From Candidatus Micrarchaeota archaeon CG1_02_51_15 (GTDB lineage Archaea > Micrarchaeota > Micrarchaeia > Norongarragalinales > UBA8480): a stretch of 43,265 bases of DNA. Both the position numbers and the translations under genes were made by a program. The notes beneath the pieces were generated by a model. That model did not search any database, was not told the DNA's origin, and saw only the letters and a list, made by a program, of their open reading frames with translations. Where the stretch lies: the NCBI GenBank assembly GCA_001871495.1, contig MNVG01000017.1, positions 1 to 43,265 on the forward strand, written 5' to 3'. Below, piece by piece: positions 35,711-43,265 of this stretch (position 1 is the stretch's first letter; each line of letters begins with the position of its first letter).

Positions 35711-36523
35711 ATGTTGGCTGGCTTGGGAATAGTGTTAGTCTTGATTGGCTTTGGGTTGATGGCTTTTGAAAACCTGTTCCTCGGCATCCTCCTCGTAATA
35801 CTAGGCATAGTCGTCGCTACGGTAGTGATACTCAACCAGTGGCAGCGCGGCGTGGTTTTGACGCTTGGCAAGTATTCCGGGACTCTCGGGCCGGGGCTTA
35901 ACTTCGTAATTCCTTTCGTACAGCAAGTGATTACGGTAGACGTGCGCATTGTCACCACCGAAGTGCCGAAACAGGAGATTATGACGAAAGACAACGTCCC
36001 AGTGCTAATCAACGCAGTGGTTTACTTCAAAGTCGAAAAACCCGAAGACGCGATAACCAAGATAGAAAACTACAATTTCGCAGTAGCCCAGTTCACGCAA
36101 GCCGCAGTACGCGACGTGATAGGCAACAACGAACTAGACGCCGTGCTGATGCAGCGCGACAAGCTCGCCGACGCAATCAAGCAAATAGTCGACAAGGACA
36201 CTGGCGAATGGGGCGTTGACATCCAGAGCATAAACATCCAAGAAATAGAACTGCCTACAGACATGAAGCGCGCAATGGCCAAGCAAGCCGAAAGCGAACG
36301 CGAACGCCGTGCACGCGTAACCCTTTCTGCAGGAGAACTCGAAGCAAGCAAAAACCTGGCTGCAGCAGCCGAACGTCTTTCCACTTCAGGCGCACTGCAC
36401 CTGCGCACGCTCCAGACAATAAGCGAAATCGCGGCAGACCCCAGCGAAAAAATAATCATCATTGTACCCACAGACTTTGCTTCAACCGCCGCGCAACTGG
36501 TGGGCGGCAAGAAAAAAGATTAA
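35711..36523 (+). CDS. SPFH/band 7 (slipin/stomatin-like) protein
   Basis: N-terminal TMs, PGLNFVIPF, VP.QE..TKDNV.V..NAVVYF, RAMAKQAE.ERERRA, LRTLQT. Confidence 0.95.
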   Translation: MLAGLGIVLVLIGFGLMAFENLFLGILLVILGIVVATVVILNQWQRGVVLTLGKYSGTLGPGLNFVIPFVQQVITVDVRIVTTEVPKQEIMTKDNVPVLINAVVYFKVEKPEDAITKIENYNFAVAQFTQAAVRDVIGNNELDAVLMQRDKLADAIKQIVDKDTGEWGVDIQSINIQEIELPTDMKRAMAKQAESERERRARVTLSAGELEASKNLAAAAERLSTSGALHLRTLQTISEIAADPSEKIIIIVPTDFASTAAQLVGGKKKD

Positions 36524-36538
36524 CGAAGGGAAACCCGT

Positions 36539-37252
36539 TTGAACCCCTTTCTTTCGCTCAAAGCGCTCGTCCAAAAGCCAGTGAAGCAACTGGACAAAAA
36601 ACGCAAGCGCCTGCAAATAGCATTCAACTCGTCACTCGAAGAAGCCCAATCCGTAATTCAAGCGCTTCCTAAAGACGACCGCGTTCTAATCGAAGCAGGC
36701 ACCCCCTTACTAAAAAGAGAAGGCATGCACGCAATAGAGACTATTAGAAGCATGTGGGACGGATATATTGTCGCGGACTACAAGATAATGGACGGCGCCA
36801 GGCAGGAAGTAAACTATGCCGCAATTGCAGGAGCAAATGCGGTCACCGTGCTCGGCGCGGCACCAAAGCAGACAATAGACCTGGCCGCCAAAACAGCACA
36901 AACGCGCGGCATCGACTTGATGATAGACTTCATAAACGTCGAAGATCCGCTGCGCGTCATGCGCTCGCTCTCAATGGTCCCGCAAGTGGCAATGCTTCAC
37001 CGCGGACGCGACGAAGAAAACGCTTTTGGAAAAATAATCCAGTACCGCCACGTTGCAAGAATACTCAGCAAATTCGACTGCCTTATATCAGCCGCAGGCG
37101 GAGTCGACTTGAAAGAAGCCCAGTCCGCCTCCTTCAACGGAGCCGACATCGTAGTAGTAAACATAGTTTCTCCCAAGTCACAATGGAAAGGAATACGGAC
37201 GGACGACGACATCAACCAAGTAGTCAAAAAATTCCTTTCAACAATAGACTGA
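36539..37252 (+). CDS. 3-hexulose-6-phosphate synthase-like protein (OMP decarboxylase/HPS superfamily)
   Basis: LQIAF, IEAGTPLLK..G, IVADYKIMDG (D-x-K-x-x-D), TVLG.A, LHRGRDEE, AAGGV. Confidence 0.8.
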   Translation: MNPFLSLKALVQKPVKQLDKKRKRLQIAFNSSLEEAQSVIQALPKDDRVLIEAGTPLLKREGMHAIETIRSMWDGYIVADYKIMDGARQEVNYAAIAGANAVTVLGAAPKQTIDLAAKTAQTRGIDLMIDFINVEDPLRVMRSLSMVPQVAMLHRGRDEENAFGKIIQYRHVARILSKFDCLISAAGGVDLKEAQSASFNGADIVVVNIVSPKSQWKGIRTDDDINQVVKKFLSTID

Positions 37253-37256
37253 TCCA

Positions 37257-37895
37257 TTACTCTCTTCTCTCACGCGAAACCCACCTTTTTACAGTTGCCT
37301 TCACACGCTGAAAAGAAGTGACCGGAACCACTTTCCCCAGCTCTTCGCAATGCGCCTTCACTTCAGACCTCAATTCCCTTCTTTCCTTATCGGTCCGCGC
37401 CCGCGCTACCAACTCTTTGAACGCAACATATACCTTACGGCCGTCAACAGCGTACGGCGCTTTTTTCCCTATAGCAGCCAACGCACTGCATATCCACTCC
37501 CGGTCGCCTCGTTCAAGCCGCGTATTGGGAACACCGGCCAACAAGTGTTCTGCCAAGTCAATGCGTTCGGCCTTATACTTTATTCCGGCTTTAATCGCAT
37601 TCCTAAGAAGACTCCGCACAGGAACAGAGGGATTGAATAATGCTTGTTCGACCAACCGCCGATGAAGCCCGTTGTTTTCAGAATCCCTGAAAATATTATG
37701 CCGGTTTACTTGTTCAAGGATTTCAGTTGCAGCCTCAAGCGCAGCGGAGTAGTCTTCACCTGCAGTCGGCGACTCAAGACGGTATTTTGCAACAACATTA
37801 AGAAAATTTTTCACGTCATCCAAAACATAATCAATTCTACTAGTATCAATACGCGGCAGCACCGGCGGGGTTTTTATTCGCGGATTATCACTCAT
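37257..37895 (-). CDS. Hypothetical alpha-helical (possibly HEAT-like) protein
   Basis: 212-aa ORF filling the gap convergent on the HPS-like gene; helical amphipathic pattern; no recognisable family motif. Confidence 0.6.
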   Translation of the reverse strand: MSDNPRIKTPPVLPRIDTSRIDYVLDDVKNFLNVVAKYRLESPTAGEDYSAALEAATEILEQVNRHNIFRDSENNGLHRRLVEQALFNPSVPVRSLLRNAIKAGIKYKAERIDLAEHLLAGVPNTRLERGDREWICSALAAIGKKAPYAVDGRKVYVAFKELVARARTDKERRELRSEVKAHCEELGKVVPVTSFQRVKATVKRWVSRERRE

Positions 37896-38093
37896 TTGAA
37901 AAGCCCGTATGCGTAAAACGCAGTTACAGGCATAATCGGTCGTAATGGTTTTAAAGCATTGCGTGCAAAAAGAGTGTCAACTGGTTTTCCCGTTTTACTG
38001 CTTTTGAAGCAGGAGGGAATCGGCCTTTGAAAAAAAAGGCACGCATTCGAGGAAAACCCGAATTTACTTTAAAAGGAAGGTTTCGCAACAATC

Positions 38094-38726
38094 ATGGCAT
38101 TCGATAAAAAAAGCGTTGAAAAAGCCGTTGAACAGGCTCTTGCCCAGAAGTCGGAACGCAAGTTCACCCAAAGCGTGGACTTGGCAATCAACTTCAAGGA
38201 ACTGGACTTCAAAAAGCCTGAAAACCGCGTTAACACCGACATTGCACTGCCCAACGCGGCACGCCAAGTGAAAGTAGCCGTTTTTGCAGACGGACAGCTT
38301 GCACTGGACGCCAAGAACGTTGCAGACGCAGTATTCGGCGCAGCCGACATCACTGCCTTTGCTTCAGACAAGAAGAAACAAGCAGAATTGCTGAAGTACT
38401 CGCTTCTTGCCGCACCCCAATTCATGGCTGTAATCGGAAAACAATTAGGACAAGTGCTGGGCACCAAAGGAAAGCTCCCAACGCCCATCCTGCCGGGAAT
38501 AAACCTCGCCGAACTCGTTAAGAAAACCCGCGCAAGCATCACGCTTAAAGTAAAAGGAAAAATGCTACCCTGCCTGCATTGCATAGTCGGCAGAGAAAAC
38601 ATGCCTAAAGAACAAATAGTCGAGAACGTAATGGCGGTTCTGGAAGTAGTAATAAAAAAGGTTTCCGAACCCCGCGTTGCAAGCGCCTACGTAAAAACAA
38701 CGATGGGCAAGCCGGTTAAAGTGTGA
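38094..38726 (+). CDS. rpl1: 50S ribosomal protein L1 (uL1)
   Basis: RKFTQSVDLAIN.K..D, LGQVLG.KGK.P.P, H..VG.E.M, YVKTTMG.P. Confidence 0.97.
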   Translation: MAFDKKSVEKAVEQALAQKSERKFTQSVDLAINFKELDFKKPENRVNTDIALPNAARQVKVAVFADGQLALDAKNVADAVFGAADITAFASDKKKQAELLKYSLLAAPQFMAVIGKQLGQVLGTKGKLPTPILPGINLAELVKKTRASITLKVKGKMLPCLHCIVGRENMPKEQIVENVMAVLEVVIKKVSEPRVASAYVKTTMGKPVKV

Positions 38727-39538
38727 TTAAATTGTTATCAAGACAACAAAAACAAGAGATTGCCAAGCAACTTGAGCAACAGTTCCTCGACTACCCAGTA
38801 GTGGCAGTTGCAAGCATTGCCGGACTCAAGTCCAGCCAGTATAACGCAATCAAGAAGAAGGTCCGCGACAAAGTAGTAATGATAGTCGCAAGAAAAACGC
38901 TTTTGACGCGCGCAATGGATGCGGCTAGGCCCGAACTCAAGCAAATACAGGCCCAAATGACCGACGCGGAGATAATCATATTAACTAAACTAGACCCCTT
39001 CAAGCTATTCAAGACGTTCAAGCAAAACAAGTCCAAGACGTTCGCAAAACCAGGCCAACTTGCTCCAGCAGACATAATAGTGCCCGCAGGAGAAACCAAC
39101 CTCGCGCCTGGCCCGGTACTAACCGAACTCAAACAAGCCAAGATAGACGCTAAAATACAAGGTCCGAAAATAGTCATAGGCAAAGACTCTACGGTAGTCA
39201 AGAAAGACGAACCCATTTCCGAACCAGTTACAAAAGCCCTCTCGAAACTGGGAATACAGCCTTTCGAAGTAGGCGTGGAAGTCAAGGCAGTCTACTCCGA
39301 CGGACTCATTTACACTGCAGACGTGCTCGACGTCGACCAAGAATACTACCTCACGACAATACGCACGGCCTACTCGGAAGCAACCGCAATAGCCATTGCA
39401 ACCCAGTACTTCGCGCCAGAATTCATTTCGCCCGCAATAGTAAAAGCCGAGCTCGAAGCCCTCACCATTGCAGAACGAGTTAAGAAAGACGAGAAAGTAG
39501 CCGAAACGCCTGCAGAAGCACAACAACCGCCTGCATAA
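38723..39538 (+). CDS. rpl10: 50S ribosomal protein L10/P0 (uL10), short C-terminus
   Basis: AKPGQ.AP.DI.VPAG.T...PGP, KIQ..KI.I.KD..V, L.KLGI.P; GTG start overlaps the rpl1 stop. Confidence 0.95.
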   Translation: MIKLLSRQQKQEIAKQLEQQFLDYPVVAVASIAGLKSSQYNAIKKKVRDKVVMIVARKTLLTRAMDAARPELKQIQAQMTDAEIIILTKLDPFKLFKTFKQNKSKTFAKPGQLAPADIIVPAGETNLAPGPVLTELKQAKIDAKIQGPKIVIGKDSTVVKKDEPISEPVTKALSKLGIQPFEVGVEVKAVYSDGLIYTADVLDVDQEYYLTTIRTAYSEATAIAIATQYFAPEFISPAIVKAELEALTIAERVKKDEKVAETPAEAQQPPA

Positions 39539-39630
39539 GCACAACAGCCAACCCAACCGCGCGCAACCCCCTCTCCCTTTTTTGATTTTTAACAGGAAAG
39601 ATTTTCAGGAAAAATAATAGGTGAAAAAAA

Positions 39631-39933
39631 ATGGAATATGTTTACACTGCAATGCTGCTCAACGCCGCAAAGCAACCGATCAACGAAGAAAACGTCAAGA
39701 AAGTCCTCGCAGTAGCAGGCATAACGCCAAGCGACACTAAAATCAAGGCACTCGTAACCTCCCTCGAGGGAGTCAACATAGACGAGGAAAAGAAGAAAGC
39801 AGTGTTCGCCGCAGCCGCGCCCGCTTCAGGAGCAGCCGGAGAGACCAAAGTAGAAGAAACGAAAGAAGAAGGCCCATCCGAAGAACAAAAAGAAGCAGCC
39901 GCCGCAGAAGGACTCTCGGCACTATTCGGATAA
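39631..39933 (+). CDS. rpl12: 50S ribosomal stalk protein L12/P1
   Basis: MEYVY.AMLL, KALV..LEGVNI.E, Ala/Glu hinge, GLSALFG end; GGTGA RBS. Confidence 0.98.
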   Translation: MEYVYTAMLLNAAKQPINEENVKKVLAVAGITPSDTKIKALVTSLEGVNIDEEKKKAVFAAAAPASGAAGETKVEETKEEGPSEEQKEAAAAEGLSALFG

Positions 39934-39946
39934 GTTAGATTCAAAG

Positions 39947-39978
39947 GGCGGGAATAACCCCGCCAACCCCCCTTTTTT
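39947..39978 (+). terminator. Hairpin plus C-tract/T-tract after rpl12
   Basis: ggcggg-aataac-cccgcc, then AACCCCCCTTTTTT. Confidence 0.65.
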
Positions 39979-40127
39979 ATTACGTCCTGCCTGAGGCCTA
40001 ACTATCCAAGCGGCTAACGCGCGTAACCCCAAAGTTATCGTTGCCCTTCGACTTCACCCTACCTGCAGGGTAAAAAAACTTGCGCCCTCTTACTAATTCT
40101 GATCAATTAGACAAGGTGTTTACGATT

Positions 40128-40403
40128 ATGAGTGAAATGGTTCAAACAACAGTAATGGTTCAAGGAGACGTTGATTCCCAAAAGTTCAAAGCAGCCTGCA
40201 CCAACGCCGCCCGCGCACTAGCACTTAAAGGAACGATCAATCCACTGGGCCAAGGCTCTGCGAAAGTAGTAGTACGAGGCCGAAAAGACGCGATAACCGC
40301 GTTTACTGCTAAACTAAGCGGAATGGGAGCCGAAACAGTAAACGTGCTACACACGATTCCCGTAAACCAAGCAAAACAAGGCTACTTGAACTTCACGACC
40401 TAA
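40128..40403 (+). CDS. Acylphosphatase-fold protein with degenerate active site
   Basis: V.VQGDV....F......A..L.LKG.....GS..VVV.G....I..F pattern; start taken at ATG 40128. Confidence 0.65.
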   Translation: MSEMVQTTVMVQGDVDSQKFKAACTNAARALALKGTINPLGQGSAKVVVRGRKDAITAFTAKLSGMGAETVNVLHTIPVNQAKQGYLNFTT

Positions 40404-40426
40404 AACAAAAATAGCAAGCCCTATTT

Positions 40427-40705
40427 TCAACGCCTTATTTCAAAGTTTTGCACTAATTCCTTTAAGCGTGCCTTACGGCTTGCAGCGTGCTTGCGCGCTT
40501 TGGAAACTGCGTGCTTGCGTTTTGGCTTGTTGGCAACGCGCTTTGCCTGCGTGTGTTCGGCTACGGCAACGCGCGCTACAAGCCCGCGCACTGGTTTGGA
40601 ACGGCTGCGCAGCCAGTCCACCAGCAGGAAAACGCCGATTAAGACCAGCAAGAAAACAACTATTCCCACGACCAGCAATTCGGCGTCTCCAAAAATCATT
40701 TTCAC
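40427..40705 (-). CDS. Small membrane protein with basic tail
   Basis: N-terminal TM (LLVVGIVVFLLVLIGVFLLV), then K/R-rich segment; GAGG upstream of GTG. Confidence 0.6.
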   Translation of the reverse strand: MKMIFGDAELLVVGIVVFLLVLIGVFLLVDWLRSRSKPVRGLVARVAVAEHTQAKRVANKPKRKHAVSKARKHAASRKARLKELVQNFEIRR

Positions 40706-40761
40706 AAAAACCTCTTACGAACACGAACGCCGACTGCGGATAAATACCTTTGCGACGGCAT

Positions 40762-41742
40762 TCAAACGATTTTAAGCAACACAACTGCAATCGCGAAATA
40801 GATTAGTATTGTTGTTAAGTCGCTGATTATTGTCGTGACCGGGCCGGAGACTGTTCCCGGGTCGAAGTGCAAGTCGTGAAGCAGTATTGAAGCGTAAGTG
40901 GAGACTAACGATTGCAGTATTACGCTGATGAAAAGTGACGCGGAAACCACGCAGGCAAAGATTACCGTGCCTTGAATGAACCACGCAACGGGAAAAACTG
41001 CAAGCGCACATGCGGCTCCCAGTGCCAACCCAACTTTGGCCTCGCGCCACAAGTACCTGCGCACTGAAAACTCGGGCTCTAAAGCAATCATTCTCACTAC
41101 CAGCGTCTGCGACTGTGTTCCAACCGCATCACTCAAGTAAACTATTACCGGAAGAAAAGCAGCCAAAGCAATGTAAGACTTGAGGATAATCTCGAAGCCA
41201 CCTATCAAGTAAGCAACAAGCGTTCCGCCAACCAGTCCCAGCAACAGCGACGGAAGCCGTGCTTTGATCAAACGAAGGCCTGTGGTCTTAATGTCTTCTA
41301 TTTCCCGCGGCTTGTGGTGGATCCCTATTGCCTTTAGAGCATCTTCTGCAGACTCTTGGTGAAAAATTTCAAGCAACGCCGCGTGCGGAATCACGCCAAG
41401 CAAAACGCGGTTGCAGTCGACAACCGGAATGGCGCGCAAGCCGTGCTTCAACGCCAAGTAAGCAGCCCGCTCCTGGTGCGCGGACGCGCCAACTTCAATA
41501 ACCTGCCCTCGCATTACTTGACGTATGGGCATATCGTCTTCGGCTTGAAAAACTTCTTTCAAAGACGCCACGCCAACTAGCTCCCCCTCGTCGGTAACAT
41601 AAACGTAGTCAATAGTCTCGAATTCCCCTGCTTTTTCGTACAGCAAGTCTTTCAGCCCGCGGACAGTAAAGCCAGGCGGAACTGCAAGAAAACGGGCGGT
41701 CATCCTAGCGCCGGCCGTACGCGGCTTGAATTCCTCAATCAC
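40762..41742 (-). CDS. mgtE: Magnesium transporter MgtE (CBS pair plus TM domain, no N-terminal helical domain)
   Basis: TAG..MT, YVYVTD...LVGV.SL, ARLP.L, AFLPVI......GTQ, DP...SGP.TTI.SD. Confidence 0.92.
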   Translation of the reverse strand: MIEEFKPRTAGARMTARFLAVPPGFTVRGLKDLLYEKAGEFETIDYVYVTDEGELVGVASLKEVFQAEDDMPIRQVMRGQVIEVGASAHQERAAYLALKHGLRAIPVVDCNRVLLGVIPHAALLEIFHQESAEDALKAIGIHHKPREIEDIKTTGLRLIKARLPSLLLGLVGGTLVAYLIGGFEIILKSYIALAAFLPVIVYLSDAVGTQSQTLVVRMIALEPEFSVRRYLWREAKVGLALGAACALAVFPVAWFIQGTVIFACVVSASLFISVILQSLVSTYASILLHDLHFDPGTVSGPVTTIISDLTTILIYFAIAVVLLKIV

Positions 41743-41790
41743 AACAAATCGTACGCGCGGACCGTATATAAATTAGGATGAAAACAATAA

Positions 41791-41875
41791 TGCAGGGAGA
41801 GAGATTTGAACTCTCGTAGGCGCTAGGCCACAGGGTTCTAAGCCCTGCCCATTTTCCAAACTCTGGCATCCCTGC
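41791..41875 (-). tRNA. tRNA-Leu, anticodon UAG; no intron, CCA not encoded
   Basis: GCAGGGA/TCCCTGC acceptor stem with discriminator A; anticodon arm CAGGG-CTTAGAA-CCCTG; long variable arm; T-arm GAGAG-TTCAAAT-CTCTC. Confidence 0.96.
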
Positions 41876-41905
41876 GCACACCAAGTTTTTGGTGGAGCGA
41901 ATTAT

Positions 41906-42125
41906 TTAGGCTATCTTTTCGCGGACTTTTGCCAAGAATTTTTTAGCGTTCTGGATTGCATTCGCAGCCTCGTTTTCGCCCACCGAGTCGGCTTCGCCGT
42001 AGACCACGTCGTGCCTTCGTACGCGGTAGCGGTTGAAAATGTTGGTAAGCGCGCCGGTTTCTCCAGTCAAGACTGCCGCACAGTATTGCACTACTACCAA
42101 GTGGCGGGAGTCGGTTGGCCGCAAG
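41906..42125 (-). pseudogene. 3' half of a HEPN-domain protein
   Basis: LRPTDSRHLVVVQY...FNRYRVRRHDVVY....V...EA..AI..A.KFL, the C-terminal half typical of MNT-associated HEPN proteins; the 5' half is absent. Confidence 0.7.
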
Positions 42126-42949
42126 GCAATGGATGACGCAATACGGACGATTACTACAGTTGAAGGCAATGCAAAGCGTTTTGTCGAGGGTTACAAGGGG
42201 CTGCGGAGTTTGTTTGAAGTCCTCGGTTCAGACGCAGTCAAGGCCAAGAGGTACGTTGACTATTGTTGGCTGTCTGCGGTTTACGTTTTTTACTTGAAGG
42301 AAGTCATTGGAAGCGACCCCGAGGCCGAGCAGTACTTGGAAAAGTATTACTCTAAAACGCTGAAGTGCGCGTACAAGACGACTGAAGTGCAGAAGCTGGT
42401 GAACGACCTTCCAGTAATTGCTTTTGACGAGAATTATTTGAGGGAACTTGAAAAACTTCAGGAAACAAAAGAGCAAAAGGCGGCCAACGTGGTTTTCACG
42501 CTGAACCGTTACGTACTGGTTGACAAGAAGACGAACCCGGTTTACGAAACGCTGGTCGGCAAGGCGGAACGCATTTTTAAGATGTGGCAGGAGAAATCCG
42601 CGGATTTTGAGTCGGTTTACGCGAGGGCGCGGCGGTAATCCGAGAGTTAAACGAGTTGGACAAGCGTAAGAAAGAGTTGGGTTTTTCCAACCTTGAGTAC
42701 GCAATTCTCTTGTTTTTGGAGGAAAAACTTCCGTTCAAGAATTTGGTTGAAGACGTTAAGGAAATAGGCCAGAAGCTGGACGAGGACATGTTTAGCAGCT
42801 GGCAGTTTCAGGCAAGCGCCAAAAAGGCGGCTGACAAAGAAGTGCGGCTTTTCCTCAGGAAGTACGTCAAGGAAGGGCTTTCTCTTGGCGAGTTGGAGGA
42901 ACTGCACGGCAAGATAATGGATCGCGTGGTTTCTTATGCCCAGAATTAG
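42120..42949 (+). pseudogene. hsdR: 3' fragment of type I restriction enzyme R subunit (DUF3387-like tail), frameshifted
   Basis: F...YK.L..LFE.LG, NPVYETL..K.ERI...W; a 1-nt shift at ~42622 gives EGAAVIRELNELDKRKKELGFSNLEYA...W.......K....VR..L; followed by a YgjP-like gene as is usual for hsdR. Confidence 0.72.
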
Positions 42950-43265
42950 CGTGGACGAACTCGAAATCCCGTATTCCGTAGCCTACCGCGACATTGAGTA
43001 TCCCCGCTTGGAGTTCAAGACCGGAGAATTGCTGGTAGTGATGCCCGAAGGCAAGGAAGACGTTGAAGAAATTATTGAAAAACACGCGGCTTGGATAAGG
43101 CGGAAAAGACTGGCTATAAGCGCGGCAGTTGCACGCTCAGAGAAAAGAAAGTTGGTTGAAAGAAGCGTCCCCGAATTGAAAAAGTTAGTCCACGCGTTAG
43201 TTGACAAAATCGGGAGGGAACACGACTTTCAGGTTGGAAGGACTTTTTTTAGGAAAATGAACTCT
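42936..43265 (+). CDS. YgjP/DUF45 family metal-dependent hydrolase, 5' part, runs off the window
   Basis: Not in the ORF track. ATG 42936: MPRISVDELEIPYSVAYRDIEYPRLEFKTGELLVVMP...IIEKHAAWIRRK...FFRKMNS, open to the window end. Confidence 0.8.
   Translation, partial: MPRISVDELEIPYSVAYRDIEYPRLEFKTGELLVVMPEGKEDVEEIIEKHAAWIRRKRLAISAAVARSEKRKLVERSVPELKKLVHALVDKIGREHDFQVGRTFFRKMNS

Noticed and set aside
40056-41800. att-like duplication of the tRNA-Leu 3' end (tgcaggg at ~40064)
   Set aside because: Only 7 bp match and no integrase; the defence remnants lie on the 5' side of the tRNA.

Overview
Archaeal chromosomal window, most likely DPANN (Micrarchaeota-like; inferred from archaeal LonB, long PheS, Spt5, P0/P1 stalk proteins, the AMP phosphorylase/ribose-1,5-bisphosphate isomerase pair and large surface glycoproteins). 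From left to right: a frameshifted IS200/IS605 tnpA and its end hairpin truncating a TrmB-like gene; lonB and rnz; a ~13 kb block of secreted or membrane-anchored repeat proteins; a four-subunit pyruvate:ferredoxin oxidoreductase split into porD-x-porA-porB and a distant porG; an adenosine-kinase-family gene with pheS-pheT; lemA and htpX separated by a direct-repeat-flanked, frameshifted methyltransferase; nif3; AMP phosphorylase and R15P isomerase divergent from a 4xCBS plus HPF/RaiA-like putative ribosome hibernation factor; ftsZ-secE-spt5-rpl11, then a 3.2 kb interruption, then rpl1-rpl10-rpl12; a degenerate acylphosphatase; mgtE; tRNA-Leu(UAG); and a collapsed defence locus (HEPN and hsdR fragments, YgjP-like gene). 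Best leads: (1) a gene insertion that duplicates the last 13 bp of lemA including its stop codon, and (2) a possible adenylate/starvation module linking AMP catabolism, porG and ribosome hibernation. All calls are from reading motifs by eye; no searches were run.
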